The position numbers and the translations under genes are program-made. From Lingula anatina (taxonomy: Eukaryota; Animalia; Brachiopoda), in contig CM120649.1 in the NCBI GenBank assembly GCA_051362555.1, positions 19,172,567 through 19,236,566 of the forward strand: a stretch of DNA of 64,000 bases, read 5' to 3'. How positions within the stretch are numbered: the first letter of the stretch is position 1; each line of letters starts with the position of its first letter. The notes below the pieces were generated by a model. The model ran no database searches. It was not told the origin of the DNA and was given only the letters and a program-made list of their open reading frames with translations. Of this stretch, positions 12,271 through 24,064 are shown one piece after another.

Positions 12271-14994
12271 TGATCACACTGAAAAAAAATCAAGACATTG
12301 GCTGCCATGTCAGCATATGACGTCATTCTCCATGTTCAATCAATGTAACAACGTGGCTAATTCAACTTATATTACCATCAATTCAGCTTTTTTAAATGGA
12401 ATTTTAATTTTTTAGATTTTTGGAAAGTAATCAGTCAAAATGAATGCCATATTCAAATTTGAATTCTGCTGCACGTGCGCTCGCCCGCGTTCGCCCTGAT
12501 AGGAGAATGACGTGATATGTTGTACCGAACATTGACTAGATTTCTTAACTCTGCGCAGAGGCCTCGTTTGTGGTGCTTGTGCTGTATATTATGACCATGC
12601 TGTATGTTGCCAGAAACGAGGCCTCCTCGTGGAGAGTTGTATGGTGAATTTGGCTGTTCCCAATCCGAACTCCGCAAACGTACAATCTACTCAATTACTC
12701 CTATCGATTAAGCAGAGGACATTTTAGTCAGACGTAAATGTTCCCTTATTTGGCTGAGGAAAATATGAATAAATTATCCAACGTTTGTCAAATTTACAAC
12801 AAATTAAATCAAAACTCATCAAGCGCTATTTCTAAAATGAATCCTATCCGGGAGCAAGAAAAGAAAAAGGAATACCAGCTTGCTTCTGACTCTTCGGGAT
12901 AGAGCGACAATGTATTTCACATAAAGCAGCATCTTATATTACGAAAGGAATCATAATGGCGGGCCATTTGCTACATCCAGACTACCAATTAGAAGTCTAG
13001 GCCAGTTATACGTACGGAAATTACAAAGATTGCGATATGTATAGCGATAGCCAGCGCAACAAGCGAGAGAACCGACATCTTTTTTTATCTATCGTATACC
13101 ACATTTGCATTTCTCTTGAACCATCATCGCTAAGAATGATGATGATAATAGTGGAATAAAAAGGTTATTTATTGCACTCGAAGTTTTTTCTCATCTCCTC
13201 GGATGAGTCACGTGATCAACGGAAACAGCTGAGTGTATGAGAGGCTTCTACGTGCTTTTTTGAGGCAATATTTGAATATTTACAAACTGTAGATGATTAG
13301 ACATGACGATTATGTACACTCAAAATATATGAATTATTTATCTCTATTGATTTCTTGCAGCTTTTCTTCATCATCTTAGACTGGTTAAAATTAGAAATAA
13401 AAAATATGTTTACTGATCACTGTGGTGGGGGTGAGCTAATAAACATATCGCTGTCTTATGGTATTGATTTTTGTTTTTGGTTTCCGTAAAAAAAGTTCAG
13501 TGTTTACGAAAGCGGGTCCAGGGGGGGGGGGGGCAGCGCCCCCCCCCCCCCCCTCCTCCACACCTTAATCCCCACCCATATTCCTCTCGAATCCATGTGA
13601 ATGGCACTTCACTGTGCAAATGTAAGACTGTATCCGGCGTTTGAAAGTGTCCAGCGCAATTAATGCATAACGATTTACTGATACAATACGACAAACGTCT
13701 TCAGTCACTTAAACAGTTATCTAAATATGTATATTAATATTTTAATATACAGTCCCACCTGGCGAATCTAAGTCCATCTCAAATTACCGTTAATCCGCCA
13801 CCCTATGTATTGCAGATAAATGATTCACAATTTCGCTGATTAAAATGTGGTTTATCTACGACCAGTTGGACGTTCTCGCCAGCGTCGCTACGTCACCAGG
13901 CTCTAAACTTCACTCGTTACTCTGTAGAGGTACTGAGAGGGTTTTCAATTTGGGCCCTCCTTCTAACTTCTACAGGCCAATCTTCACTCTACTGATTATT
14001 TTAATTTATTTTGTCTGGAAATTATAACTGCAGAATTTATTACCAGATGAATGTCTTTATCGCAAGATCAAATTAATTTTTTTAATTTGTAAAATTTTGT
14101 GACTTTTAAAGAGTAGATGTCGTTGCTTTGTATTGTGCCGTTCCTCCTAGTAAAACACATACGTCAATAAGATTTATATTTATAAAAACTGTCAGTGATC
14201 ACACTTACGCCTTCTCGCTTATTAATTCATAAATATTAAAACCATAACCGTTAAGCCATTACTACGTATCAAAATGAAAAAGCATGATCAATTGGTGTAC
14301 TGATAACTTCTGATCTTTGAATCATACACCCTATTGTCATTTGACTTGTCTAAATAGTATGTCAATGTCCTTCATGGCCTCAGATACTACCCCACTACAG
14401 ATAGGCCGGGGTGTAAAGTTCGTGTTGTGTGACAACGAGTGGTGATTAGATATGGGGGAGTAATACAGTCACGTATACAAGATATTGGACACAGGACTCA
14501 ATAAACTAGTCAAATATATTAGACGTGCCTTAAAACAATACCCCTTATCTGTAATAACTATCTATGTCAGCTACTCTTTGTCGCTTGTTAACAAAAATCA
14601 AATTTTATCCCGCTAGCTGGAAAACGTTCTTTGGTTATCTTGTAGTGATTATTTCAATAATCACTTAAACTCCAACCCCCCGTTTGTTCAATACAACTGT
14701 CAAATTGTACACACACTTGAAAAGAAATAAACTACCTGTCGCCCCCTTTTCTAGGCCCCCTCACTTCTCCCCGCCTATCAGGTGTGAGGTAACAAATCCC
14801 AGTTTATTGCCACCGGTGTCATAGCGATCCACGCCCTAGTGACGGGACAGCAATAAATGCGGTCTGCGCGTCCCTACCGTCACAACACACCCGCCGAAAT
14901 TTACGCACAGATACGGGTGTAAAAACTAGACTTCTCAGATTTAAAGCATAAAATAACGCTAGGCCCCCCTTCCCGCAAATACCATTTAGGAAAA

Positions 14995-15237
14995 ATGTCT
15001 CAAATTTTACGGGTATTTGTTTTGGCTATTATCTGTGTGTTCGTCGCCGGAGAAGATCTGACTCGAGTCTCGAAAGAAAGCGGGAGATCTGTCGTTGAAG
15101 CTGTCATAGACTCGCTGCAGACATCTTGTGTGTTTGGCGATGACAAACTGTTGCTCAGAAGAATGGCGTACGTTCTAACAGAGGATGGAGAAGATCCAAG
15201 AACTTACCGCGCAGGTTATTCTGGAGGAGTATGGCAG
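14995..15237 (+). CDS. vWA gene coding exon 1 (signal peptide + first half of the N-terminal domain)
   Basis: aaaATG start, hydrophobic signal, ends GGVWQ|GTGAGA, phase 0. A possible acceptor (catttAG, 14988-14989) just upstream may indicate an untranslated earlier exon. Confidence 0.9.
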
Positions 15238-17319
15238 GTGAGAGACTTTCATCTTTATCCAAGTTATTATTATTATTTTTTTTTTTTAATTTACCTTTTT
15301 TGTTTACCTGTTTTGATTATTAACATTTTAATATTTAAGTGTGTTTTGGTAAGTTTTTTTTGTTATTGTTGTCGCTGATATTTCTGAATAGGCACCAAAA
15401 AAGAAAACCTTGTTCTACATGTATTGCGCTTATGTATCGTTAAACAATTTAATATAACTCCTAAAGACGGCTCACTTCGTTTAATGGTTTGATTATTTGA
15501 TACCCACGGAAACGGTTACCTGTGCAATTCATTTAGTTCAGTGATATGATTATGATATTATATATAGTCTAAAACTGAGTCTAAAATTCATAAATTGATG
15601 TTTTAAAATGCGTTGTAATACAAATAACTGCAGGAATTATAATTAAGACAATTATAATTTTAAAAGTAAAAGTTTCAAAGATATTAGTATATTGTTTGAA
15701 AACCTTAAAGTCATGAAAAACTTCTTATTTCACTCCACCTTAATTTTCAACTTAGCTATGGTTACGTTTAGTAACTTTTTTTCTTCTTTCGGCGGAGCAC
15801 ATGTATTAGGCTTATACCAAGGGAAAAGAGTGTCTATTAAAAGAGATCAAGATGGTCCTCGGTTTGGGTTTAAAAACGCGTGCGTCTTTCTAGTACTCAG
15901 ATGTCATATAAGAGTGCTAAGCAAACATCAGATGAAGTGAAGTCTAAAAGCAGGTCACGATGAATGTTAGGAGATATTCTGTGTACAAAAAAGGTCCAGA
16001 TTTTGTTAGCGTACGTATTTTCTTTGGCGTATGTACATGTATGTGAGCGTGGACGCACGGACAACCCTGATACATGTAACACCAGTTCTGCGTTTTACTA
16101 CCATTATTGGAGCTTTATTTTGATTGACGCGTTCCTGTGTTATTTATAATATCGTGTCAATTGGAAACATTTAGCCTAGCTTAGAAATCTATTTATTTGT
16201 CGTTTTCTGTCCTTCATTGAAAGTCTTGGAGTAGGCCTATGATAGGCTGTCTTTTGTTTTCAGTATAGTTCTAACTGAATGAAAAATAACTATTTGATAT
16301 TTCATTTGTATAGTTTTCTAATTAAATTCATCTTTAATTTCGCAGTTTTAGAGATAAACACTTTATGTGATATACGTAGCGAATGATAAATATGTATGTC
16401 TGCATAAACTTGGTTTTTCCACTTTCTATCATCATCGTTACTATGGAAACGTCACACAGCGCCATCTATCAGAAAGTATTCTGCTCTGATAACGTATGTT
16501 TACCACCCTCCCACGGCTGTGTATCAAATCTAAGGAGGGCTGATAAATAAAACGGTAAATGCATATCAACCAACAATTTAATGTTTCTTTTTAAATAAAG
16601 AACTTTGACTACCTGGGTTTTTTATTGAATTGAGCCATGTAAATGTAAAACAAGCATTTGACAGTGTAAACAATGCCGCTTCAAATCTGTCCTTGATGGC
16701 TTATCTAATAACTCGGCATAGGTGAGTACGCGTACTTTCTGTGTGTACTTTAGGGGTGGATGGTGCGCTTAGTGATTATGAGGTCACCTGTCACAGTTTT
16801 TATACGCAGGACTTCTTCAGGCCGATAAAGACTTTGACGCACCGTATGACGTCAAATCTGTAGCAGACGCTCGTTTGTGGGATTCATCCGCACTGGAAAA
16901 CTGATGACGTCGAATGTCGTGTTAAACTGTGTGATCAGTCCTGTGATTTAGACTGCATTTGCACAGATTTTAGATCAATCTATCCCCGTGGGGAGTCTCA
17001 CTAGATTACGGTCAGCTTAGCCGACTTAAATGCCTGTCCCGCCTACTAAAAGCTGTAAGGAGGTAATTAACTTCCGTGCGGGCTCGGCTGACAGCAATTT
17101 AGCGTAAACCCCCAGGGAGTTAGGTCGATCCGGATGGTCCCTGTGAGTGTGACGCCTTTTTGCACCAAACAATCATCGTACTATACGAATACCATTAGGC
17201 CCTACTGAAGACTGGGTTCTTATTGGCCTGGGCTATAATGCCAAAATATTTAGGGCAATGCATTATTCAGATAATTTATACACTTTAAAATTATTGAAAC
17301 ATTTTTTAAGAATTTCGTA

Positions 17320-17372
<53 letters not shown>

Positions 17373-20300
17373 GCAGCAGCAGTGCAGATAAATTAATCAT
17401 GAGAAAAAACCCAAAGTCTCGCAAATTAGCGTTAAATAAATCGAGATACAGCGAGATTTGATGAAGGGTGCGGTCAGACCTGATATAGCAATACTGTCTA
17501 CCGATGTGACAGGAATGGTAGTCCTTGGAATGGAAGTCCGGGGTACCAAATGATTACTACAGGTTAGGGTTAGTGGGAGTATTGGGGTTAAGATACGAAT
17601 GTCACCTGCAGAAATTAACGAGGAACGGACTACGGTTTCTAGCGGACTACCATTCCTGTCACACCAGTAAATTTCCTAAATCGTGTGGTCATTTCTGAAT
17701 CAATCATACTTGACGCATAAGACTTCCCCGTGAATACACCCACACAATAACACAACACTACAAGTATTTTATCTTTAACAGCTTAATCGACATTCAAAAA
17801 TCAAACTGTTATCGGAACATTCATGTTGATCACGATTTGTAAAACCTCTGAATGCTTAATAATCAACATTTGATAAGGAGATTCCATTCTTATTCTTTAC
17901 CGAATACTCACGTTACTTGGATATGATAGACCTGTTACTATGTTACACACACACGCTGATTGGTTGATACGTGTTGCTTCGCGGGACAGGCACTCACGGT
18001 CATTTATATACTTTTTTATCAGGCGAAGGAGGACGAATACTAATGCAAATGTGCGGGTGGGCGGGGGCGGAAGCGGAAACAACTTGGACCCAATATTAGT
18101 TTCAGCAAAGGAGATAGAGGGCGCACCTACTGACTTCATACATATACATTCCTATGGGAAATTCCTATGGTTTTATTTGAATTCCAACATGGACTCCTTT
18201 TTTCTTCTTGATATTGAAGTTCGTTTGGTTAAATGACACAATAACACCCTTTCTTGTTATTTTTATTTTTCTGAAAACATGAATGCATACAAATATGCAT
18301 CAAAGATCACTGGCAATCAACAGACTGTGTACTTACGGCGGAATGATATCTTTTACGCGGGCCGACACATTATCGAGATTGTTTATCATGTATTGACATG
18401 CTGTCTTTTATTTAAAGGTAAACGAAGACAGATACAGTCAAACTAAGACGAGCAATGTTGTAAGCCGTCTCCGGACAAAAATTGGCAGCAAGTTTGGTAT
18501 TGATTGGTCCAAAACGACATGGAGCGACCTCGAGAAACCTTTATACTCAGCCATTGCTGCTCGCCTGTATCTCGAAATATCTCGCGGGAACAAAGAAATT
18601 CCGCGAAGCATCTTACAACAAGAAACCTTCCTTCAGAAATATTACAACGTCTCTGGAATCGAATATGTTGGTCTAAATAACACTTTGAGGAACCTAGATC
18701 GCAGTGAGTATTCACATATCGTTTAAGATAATATTACATCTTATAGGTCCTTAATTTATTAATTAAAAAAAAATAAAATAAAGTACAGATAAATTGTAAG
18801 ACACTGGTATGACACATGTTGTAATAGTTTTTATGCGTTCAAATGAAAATTAGGTTTACACAAAAATATGTAAGCTATATCTTTTAGTTGAATGCTTTAG
18901 TTGAATGTTTGTCGGTATGTATACAACTACACTATGAAAATACTTAAATCTTCGGTTTAAATAATTTCCGTTTTGAGTGCATATTTAAATCTAACCTCAA
19001 ACTTGTTTAGCGGTATTTTCTATTGTTTTTTTTTTTTTCGCCGCCAGGTTGCGCCTCTATTGGTATCGACCTGGTTTTTGTCTTGGACGGGAGCGGAAGT
19101 GTCACTAAGCCAAATTTCATCAAAATGAAGGAATTCGTACAGCAGGTTGTGTATGCGTTCGACATAGGAGAAAACAAGACGCGTGTGGGTGTTATGCAGT
19201 ATTCCAATCTCTTTTGGAAAGAGTTCTATCTCAACACTACCTTTGATAAACAAGGGGTAAGTATAGGTTTTAGGTAGCACGTCTTCATCGTTTAAACCTT
19301 CAAATGATAAAATATGTAGTAATTATGTCAAAATATAAGCATTTCTCTTTCATTGCTTTATCTAAATGATGAACAAAAGAACTGCTGTCTACCATTGTCA
19401 TTTTAATGACCACTTTGTCATATTTTTTGTATATCGTATTCAAATAACAATACTGGTAAAGTGCATAAATCAAGTATTTAAAATAAGTTGAATTCCTGAA
19501 AAGCGTGTAATGTCCAAAGAGGAACAACAAAATACATGTAGCTTTACTATCCAAAAAGATAAAATTTTCGTGAAAAATATTGAATAGTTACTAGAGCAAA
19601 GTCTCATCTGAGAAGAAACGGGGACAGCAACATGACAGTGATGCTATCTTTTATATTTACGTTTGCCATACTATGATTGCCAATGTCATAATATACTTGT
19701 ATTTCTGAAAGGTTCTCAACAGAATTGGCAGTATTAAGTACCGGACTGGTGGGACATACACAGACGAGGCTCTCGACATCATGACGAATGATATGTTCTC
19801 TGAGAAAAATGGCGCTCGACCTGAAGACGGCGGGAGACCCAGAATAGGTATACATACTTACAAAATCGTGTGGATGTATAACATACGTATTTACGTAAAT
19901 CGTATGTTCTATTTTGCAGTGAAAAAAGTCATTGACAACCCCGTATAGATAATAAGTTGCAAGATTCCTTTCAACTGAAACAGTCACATGGCCTTACCTC
20001 TTATTTCTAGGAATTGTTGTAACTGATGGCAAGTCACGTGATTCGCGGAAGACAGCGGCCGCCGCAAGAAGGGCCATAGATGCCGGAATTGTCCTGTTTG
20101 CCGTTGGCGTCGGAGCTGGTGTTGACATACCCGAACTAAACAGTATCGGATCAACGCCTGTCTGCACCCATGTGTTTCCTTTGACCGACTTCGAAGAGAT
20201 GGCGCCATTTGTTAAAGAGATAGAAACCAAATCTTGTCAAGGTATGTATGAATGTATAAAGAAGAATGTAAAAAGATTGTCCCCCTGAGGTTTAATGCTC

Positions 20301-22399
20301 AAGAGGCAATACAATGAGGTTGTATAATATTAATTAGTATAGTATAGTAAATAATATTTGAGTCAATGACCCCATTTCCAGAGATTAGATCGATCTACTT
20401 TAGATCGACCTAACTCCCTGGGGGTTCACGCTAAATAGCTGTCAGCCGGGCGGACACGAAAGTTAATTACCCCCTTACAGCTTGTAGTAGGCGGGACGGA
20501 CATATAAGCCGGATTATCTGACAGTAATCTAGTGAGACTCCCTGCAGGGATAGATCGATCCAAAAGCTCTGGGAATACAGCCAATGAGATACGTGTATGA
20601 AATTGGGTATTAACTTTTGTCCCCTTCACAAATATTCTACATCATATTTGAGTACTAAGAGAAAACAGTGTGCTACTCGTGACTCTCAGAAAAGTAAGTT
20701 TACACCTATAAAACCCATTTTTTACAACTGAAAACATCCCAATTTATATATCCTGAAAGAAAATCACCACTGTCACTGCCGTTTGCGAGTGTACATGTAT
20801 ATAACGTTATTTTATATATTTTTACGTGGCAGGGTATTTATCACACCTTATTGCATATTATTTCTCTTGAGAAAAAATGCCCCTGTTTACCCCCCAATTA
20901 TTTTTTCAGAGCCCGCCCCCGTCAAGACAGGCACCGTTGTGACCGGCGTACTTCTGGCCAATCAGAAGCAGTTTTTCTCCCTCCAGGCTAACAGGTCTTC
21001 CGGCTTTACGGTCAAGGTAAAACTGAAAGAAATTGAAGAAAACGCAATTCAACAATTTTGTACAAGACTGCACTGTACTAGCGAATCCTGTGGTCATAGA
21101 GCATAAGAAGGCAGTATTCCCGTATAATCTTAAAAGAGCATGCACTGTGCCTTCAGCACGGGTAACAATTCTGTTTTGTGGGATATATTTTCACTACTAT
21201 TTTGTATTTTTTTAACCATTTATCATGTTAGACACGGTATCTGTAATAAAAAGCACTATTTCTTACAATTTACAGCTGTGAGGTGATCATTTGTAAGTAA
21301 AAGTACATGGAAATGGGGGTGGGACAACCTTTTTGACCAATGCTGTATATGATAGTATTTCTGTTACTGTGCAAGCGCACATTTTTCTCTTGTTCACTTG
21401 TCCATGAGTGTTCTGAAGAATTTGATAAAAATGTAATATGTGTAATTCTACTGGAATATTGTGATACTACTGTTACTGTACATGTTAATTTTCCCCATGG
21501 TCCACGTCATCCAGGTCTCCATGAGTGTCGGCACGACCAGTCTGTATGCCTCCACCAAGGTGAAGAACCCCAGTCCAGCCTCGTTTGAACACAAAGTTAC
21601 AGCATCAACCACCCAAACGGTACAGTTTTTCTAGCCTGTTTCTTAATAGCTTTCATTATTTTAGTAACAGAATTAGGGTAAATTTCAGAGCGCCTTATGA
21701 TGAAGTTAATATTGAGGGTTATAAGTTAAGACTTCACCAAAAAATCTGTAAAATTCTTTTTAATTTCAAGCTTACCAAGTACTTAATCCTGTTTTAACCT
21801 GTTTTTTATTTATAGATATATTGCATACATAATGGCATTTTACAGACGGGAAACATTATAATTTCCACCAATCAGTGACTGCAGATAGCTGCAGTACCCT
21901 TGTTCAAAACGTACAAAAAAAAATATATATATATATATATAAGTGTAAATGAATTTGGTTGTCGCGATATAAAATACTTAAAGACAAAATAAATATTGTT
22001 ATTAACATTCTGCTGGCGCTGCGCTGATGGACGACGTTGATGTGTTGGGCAGATTTCATACACGGCATTGATTATCGGCAAGTTTTTTAAAAAAATTGCT
22101 CACGTTCTGTCTTTTTACCTTCTCAGGCCCAGCTGTATCTTTCACCCTCCCAGCTGAGCGTGGGATTGTCAGCCAGCGGCACGGCGCAGTCACGTGTGGT
22201 CCGGCAGGCTTCGGCTGACAACGAGCAGGTCCAGGTGTATCTGACCCTGGAGGCCGGAAGTGGAAGCCAGAACGAGTTCAAGATGGAGTCAGGCCACGGT
22301 GACGTCAGATCGAGTGCCACCAACGTCTCCAGCATGGCCGGCTGTCTCGTCTTTTCACTTTTGGCATTTCTTCTTAGCTCTTTTTTGAAGGACTTGTAA
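14995..22399 (+). CDS. Secreted, probably GPI-anchored vWA-domain protein with N-terminal lysozyme-like domain, 529 aa; join(14995-15237,18418-18703,19048-19256,19712-19847,20011-20241,20910-21016,21515-21619,22127-22399)
   Basis: Eight GT-AG exons, 1590 nt, open from ATG to TAA with consistent phases (0,1,0,1,1,0,0). Signal peptide MSQILRVFVLAIICVFVAG; vWA motifs DLVFVLDGSGS, TRVGVMQYS, GGTYTDEAL, IVVTDGKS, LFAVGVG; hydrophobic C-terminus CLVFSLLAFLLSSFL. Confidence 0.92.
16437..16473. promoter_or_regulatory. RFX X-box (GTTACTATGGAAAC) next to a CTCF-like motif (CAGCGCCATCTATC)
   Basis: Motif matches only; may lie in a transposon remnant in intron 1. Confidence 0.35.
16964..17130 (+). repeat. 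Interspersed repeat, copy A (intron 1 of the vWA gene)
   Basis: Aligns over ~165 bp to the reverse complement of 20403-20571 (shared ggagtctcactagattac and cccagggagttaggtcgatc). Confidence 0.85.
17321..17372. repeat. (TTA)n microsatellite
   Basis: Direct reading. Confidence 0.95.
17501..17667 (+). mobile_element. MITE with terminal inverted repeats (TGTGACAGGAATGGTAGTCC...GGACTACCATTCCTGTCACA)
   Basis: Perfect 20-bp inverted repeat core, TA at both flanks, internal GGTTAGGGTTAG, second copy at 7310. Confidence 0.85.
18418..18703 (+). CDS. vWA gene exon 2 (VNEDRY...FGIDWSKTTWSDLEKPLYSAIAARLYL...KYYN)
   Basis: tttaaAG / GTGAGT, 286 nt open frame not shown in the ORF track, phase 0/1. Confidence 0.9.
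19048..19256 (+). CDS. vWA gene exon 3 (MIDAS DGSGS)
   Basis: poly-T tract + ccAG / GTAAGT, phase 1/0. Confidence 0.95.
19712..19847 (+). CDS. vWA gene exon 4 (IKYRTGGTYTDEAL...NGARP)
   Basis: ctgaaAG / GTATAC, phase 0/1, MIDAS Thr region. Confidence 0.93.
20011..20241 (+). CDS. vWA gene exon 5 (IVVTDGKS...FAVGVG...KSCQ)
   Basis: tttctAG / GTATGT, phase 1/1. Confidence 0.95.
20403..20571 (-). repeat. Interspersed repeat, copy B (intron 5 of the vWA gene), inverted relative to copy A
   Basis: gatcgacctaactccctggg...gtaatctagtgagactcc...gatagatcgatc. Confidence 0.85.
20910..21016 (+). CDS. vWA gene exon 6 (PAPVKTGTVVTG...GFTVK)
   Basis: ttttcAG / GTAAAA, phase 1/0. Confidence 0.88.
21515..21619 (+). 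CDS. vWA gene exon 7 (VSMSVGTTSLYASTKVKNPSPASFEHK)
   Basis: catccAG / GTACAG, phase 0/0, open frame. Confidence 0.85.
22127..22399 (+). CDS. vWA gene terminal exon (AQLYLSP...RVVR...hydrophobic GPI-signal-like tail)
   Basis: Long pyrimidine tract + ctcAG, phase 0, in frame with ORF 22160-22399, TAA stop. Confidence 0.9.
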   Translation, partial: AQLYLSPSQLSVGLSASGTAQSRVVRQASADNEQVQVYLTLEAGSGSQNEFKMESGHGDVRSSATNVSSMAGCLVFSLLAFLLSSFLKDL

Positions 22400-22679
22400 A
22401 GTTTTAGAATTTCTCAGGAATTCCTTTTTGTACTTTTCATTGGTGTGACATAAAATAGACGTTTGTGATGCAAGTTGTTGACCATTGAATACAATATGAA
22501 CCAAGGCTTTAGATGAAATAACAGATTTGATACCTGAGCTTTTTACCAATAGTCCTTTCAAATGAAACGATACGTTGCCATTATAGCAATTTTGTAATTT
22601 CAGTTGTGCTTGTTTTGTTATGACGAGGCCCTGTGCCTGCATTATAGATACAGTGGCGTGTTACAAGTCACTCTAATAG

Positions 22680-22685
22680 AATAAA
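22680..22685 (+). terminator. Candidate polyadenylation signal of the vWA gene
   Basis: AATAAA about 280 nt after the stop, followed by T-rich sequence. Confidence 0.5.
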
Positions 22686-24064
22686 TCATTTATTTGATTC
22701 CTGTTTGACAAATCGCTAATCCTCTTATAGATCGTTGATGGAGCGGAATTATAAAACAGACCCTAACTCTACAAGTTATAGTCCACGGGACAGTTTCACT
22801 TTAAGCTTTAAGAACCTATCATTATACATCTTTTTCTTCTAAAGGATGATAACGTAATACTTAAATAAGACTTTGTAATATTGTTGAATGAATGTTATTA
22901 GAAAGTCCAACAGAATTCTTTTCTGGTAACTAATTTAGAGTTCATAAAGCTCAAAGTCGTACAAAAGGAAAATCTGATAAAATGGTCGTCATATCAGACA
23001 GTAAGTTGTGCACTCTGTGTGTGCACGCATGGCTGTCACAGTCAGATTCTAAAACAGAATTTTCTGATCTCAAATTCGTTTGTTAGATATATATTTTTTT
23101 TCCTCCGCGTAGGGGAAAGAAGTGGTCAAAAACATTATTGCTGTAGGTGCGATTGTGCTAGTTGCGCTTCAGTTGCGCCGACCACCTGAAGGTCGCGTGC
23201 CCTCATTGTGATAGAGAAGCGCATTGCGTCGTGTGCCAGTACTGTATCTTATGACATGATCCTGCTGTATATCGCCAACACAGATGTCTAGACACGGAGG
23301 ATATTCAACGATCAGATCTTCTAGAAGAGATAAGGTCCATATATACAACAACGGTCGGTTATTATATAATTAAAAGTACTAAGCCAGGAGGCACAGACTT
23401 TGTTTATTTTCGCTTTAACAGGAATACGGGATGCAAAATGATAATACAATAACTTTCACCCTGGTGCTTTACAGCTGACCCCCCCCCCCCCCCCCCCCTT
23501 CAACCCACCTCCCCCTCCAACCCACCTCCCCGGCCGCCAGGGTTTTCGTCATCCTTATGTCACATCGCTGCAAGCAACCAGAGTATTATTATTATTATTA
23601 AACCAACAACCTTGGCAAAACAGCTCCGCAAGTGGGAGGAGACATCTTATTGAAATACACAAAAAATAAACGATGCTAAGACTAGCACATTAACAAAATA
23701 TATTATGTTTATTGTGAATGAATAAAAACTAAAAAAGGAAAAAATGTCCACCAACTCCTTGGTTATGTGAACCCGCCAGGGAATATATTTATCTTCTCAA
23801 AGCACCGGAGTTCATATGAGCTGAATACAAGTGGTTAAATATTCTTATTTTCACAATTTCTTGTGATTCTTTTTTTTTTTTTTCTTTTTTCGTTGATATT
23901 GTTCTTCTCGCTATACAGACTAAGTCTTAAATTGATTAAATTATGTTTTTGTATTCGCAACATTGAGTAAGTCTTGTCACCAAGAGGGGGGGCATGCTTT
24001 CCTTAAAAGACACACTGGTTAACAATTTTTAAAAATGAACTTTTAAAAGATCCTAAGCTTTCAA

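Noticed and set aside
14629-14670. TCTTTGGTTATCT matches the first 13 nt of miR-9
   Set aside because: The match breaks after 13 nt and there is no complementary star arm; the nearby hairpin (agtgattatt/aataatcact) does not include this sequence
16745-16930. Possible decayed SINE
   Set aside because: Only a vague resemblance to SINE 3' ends; no clear A/B boxes and no second copy in the window
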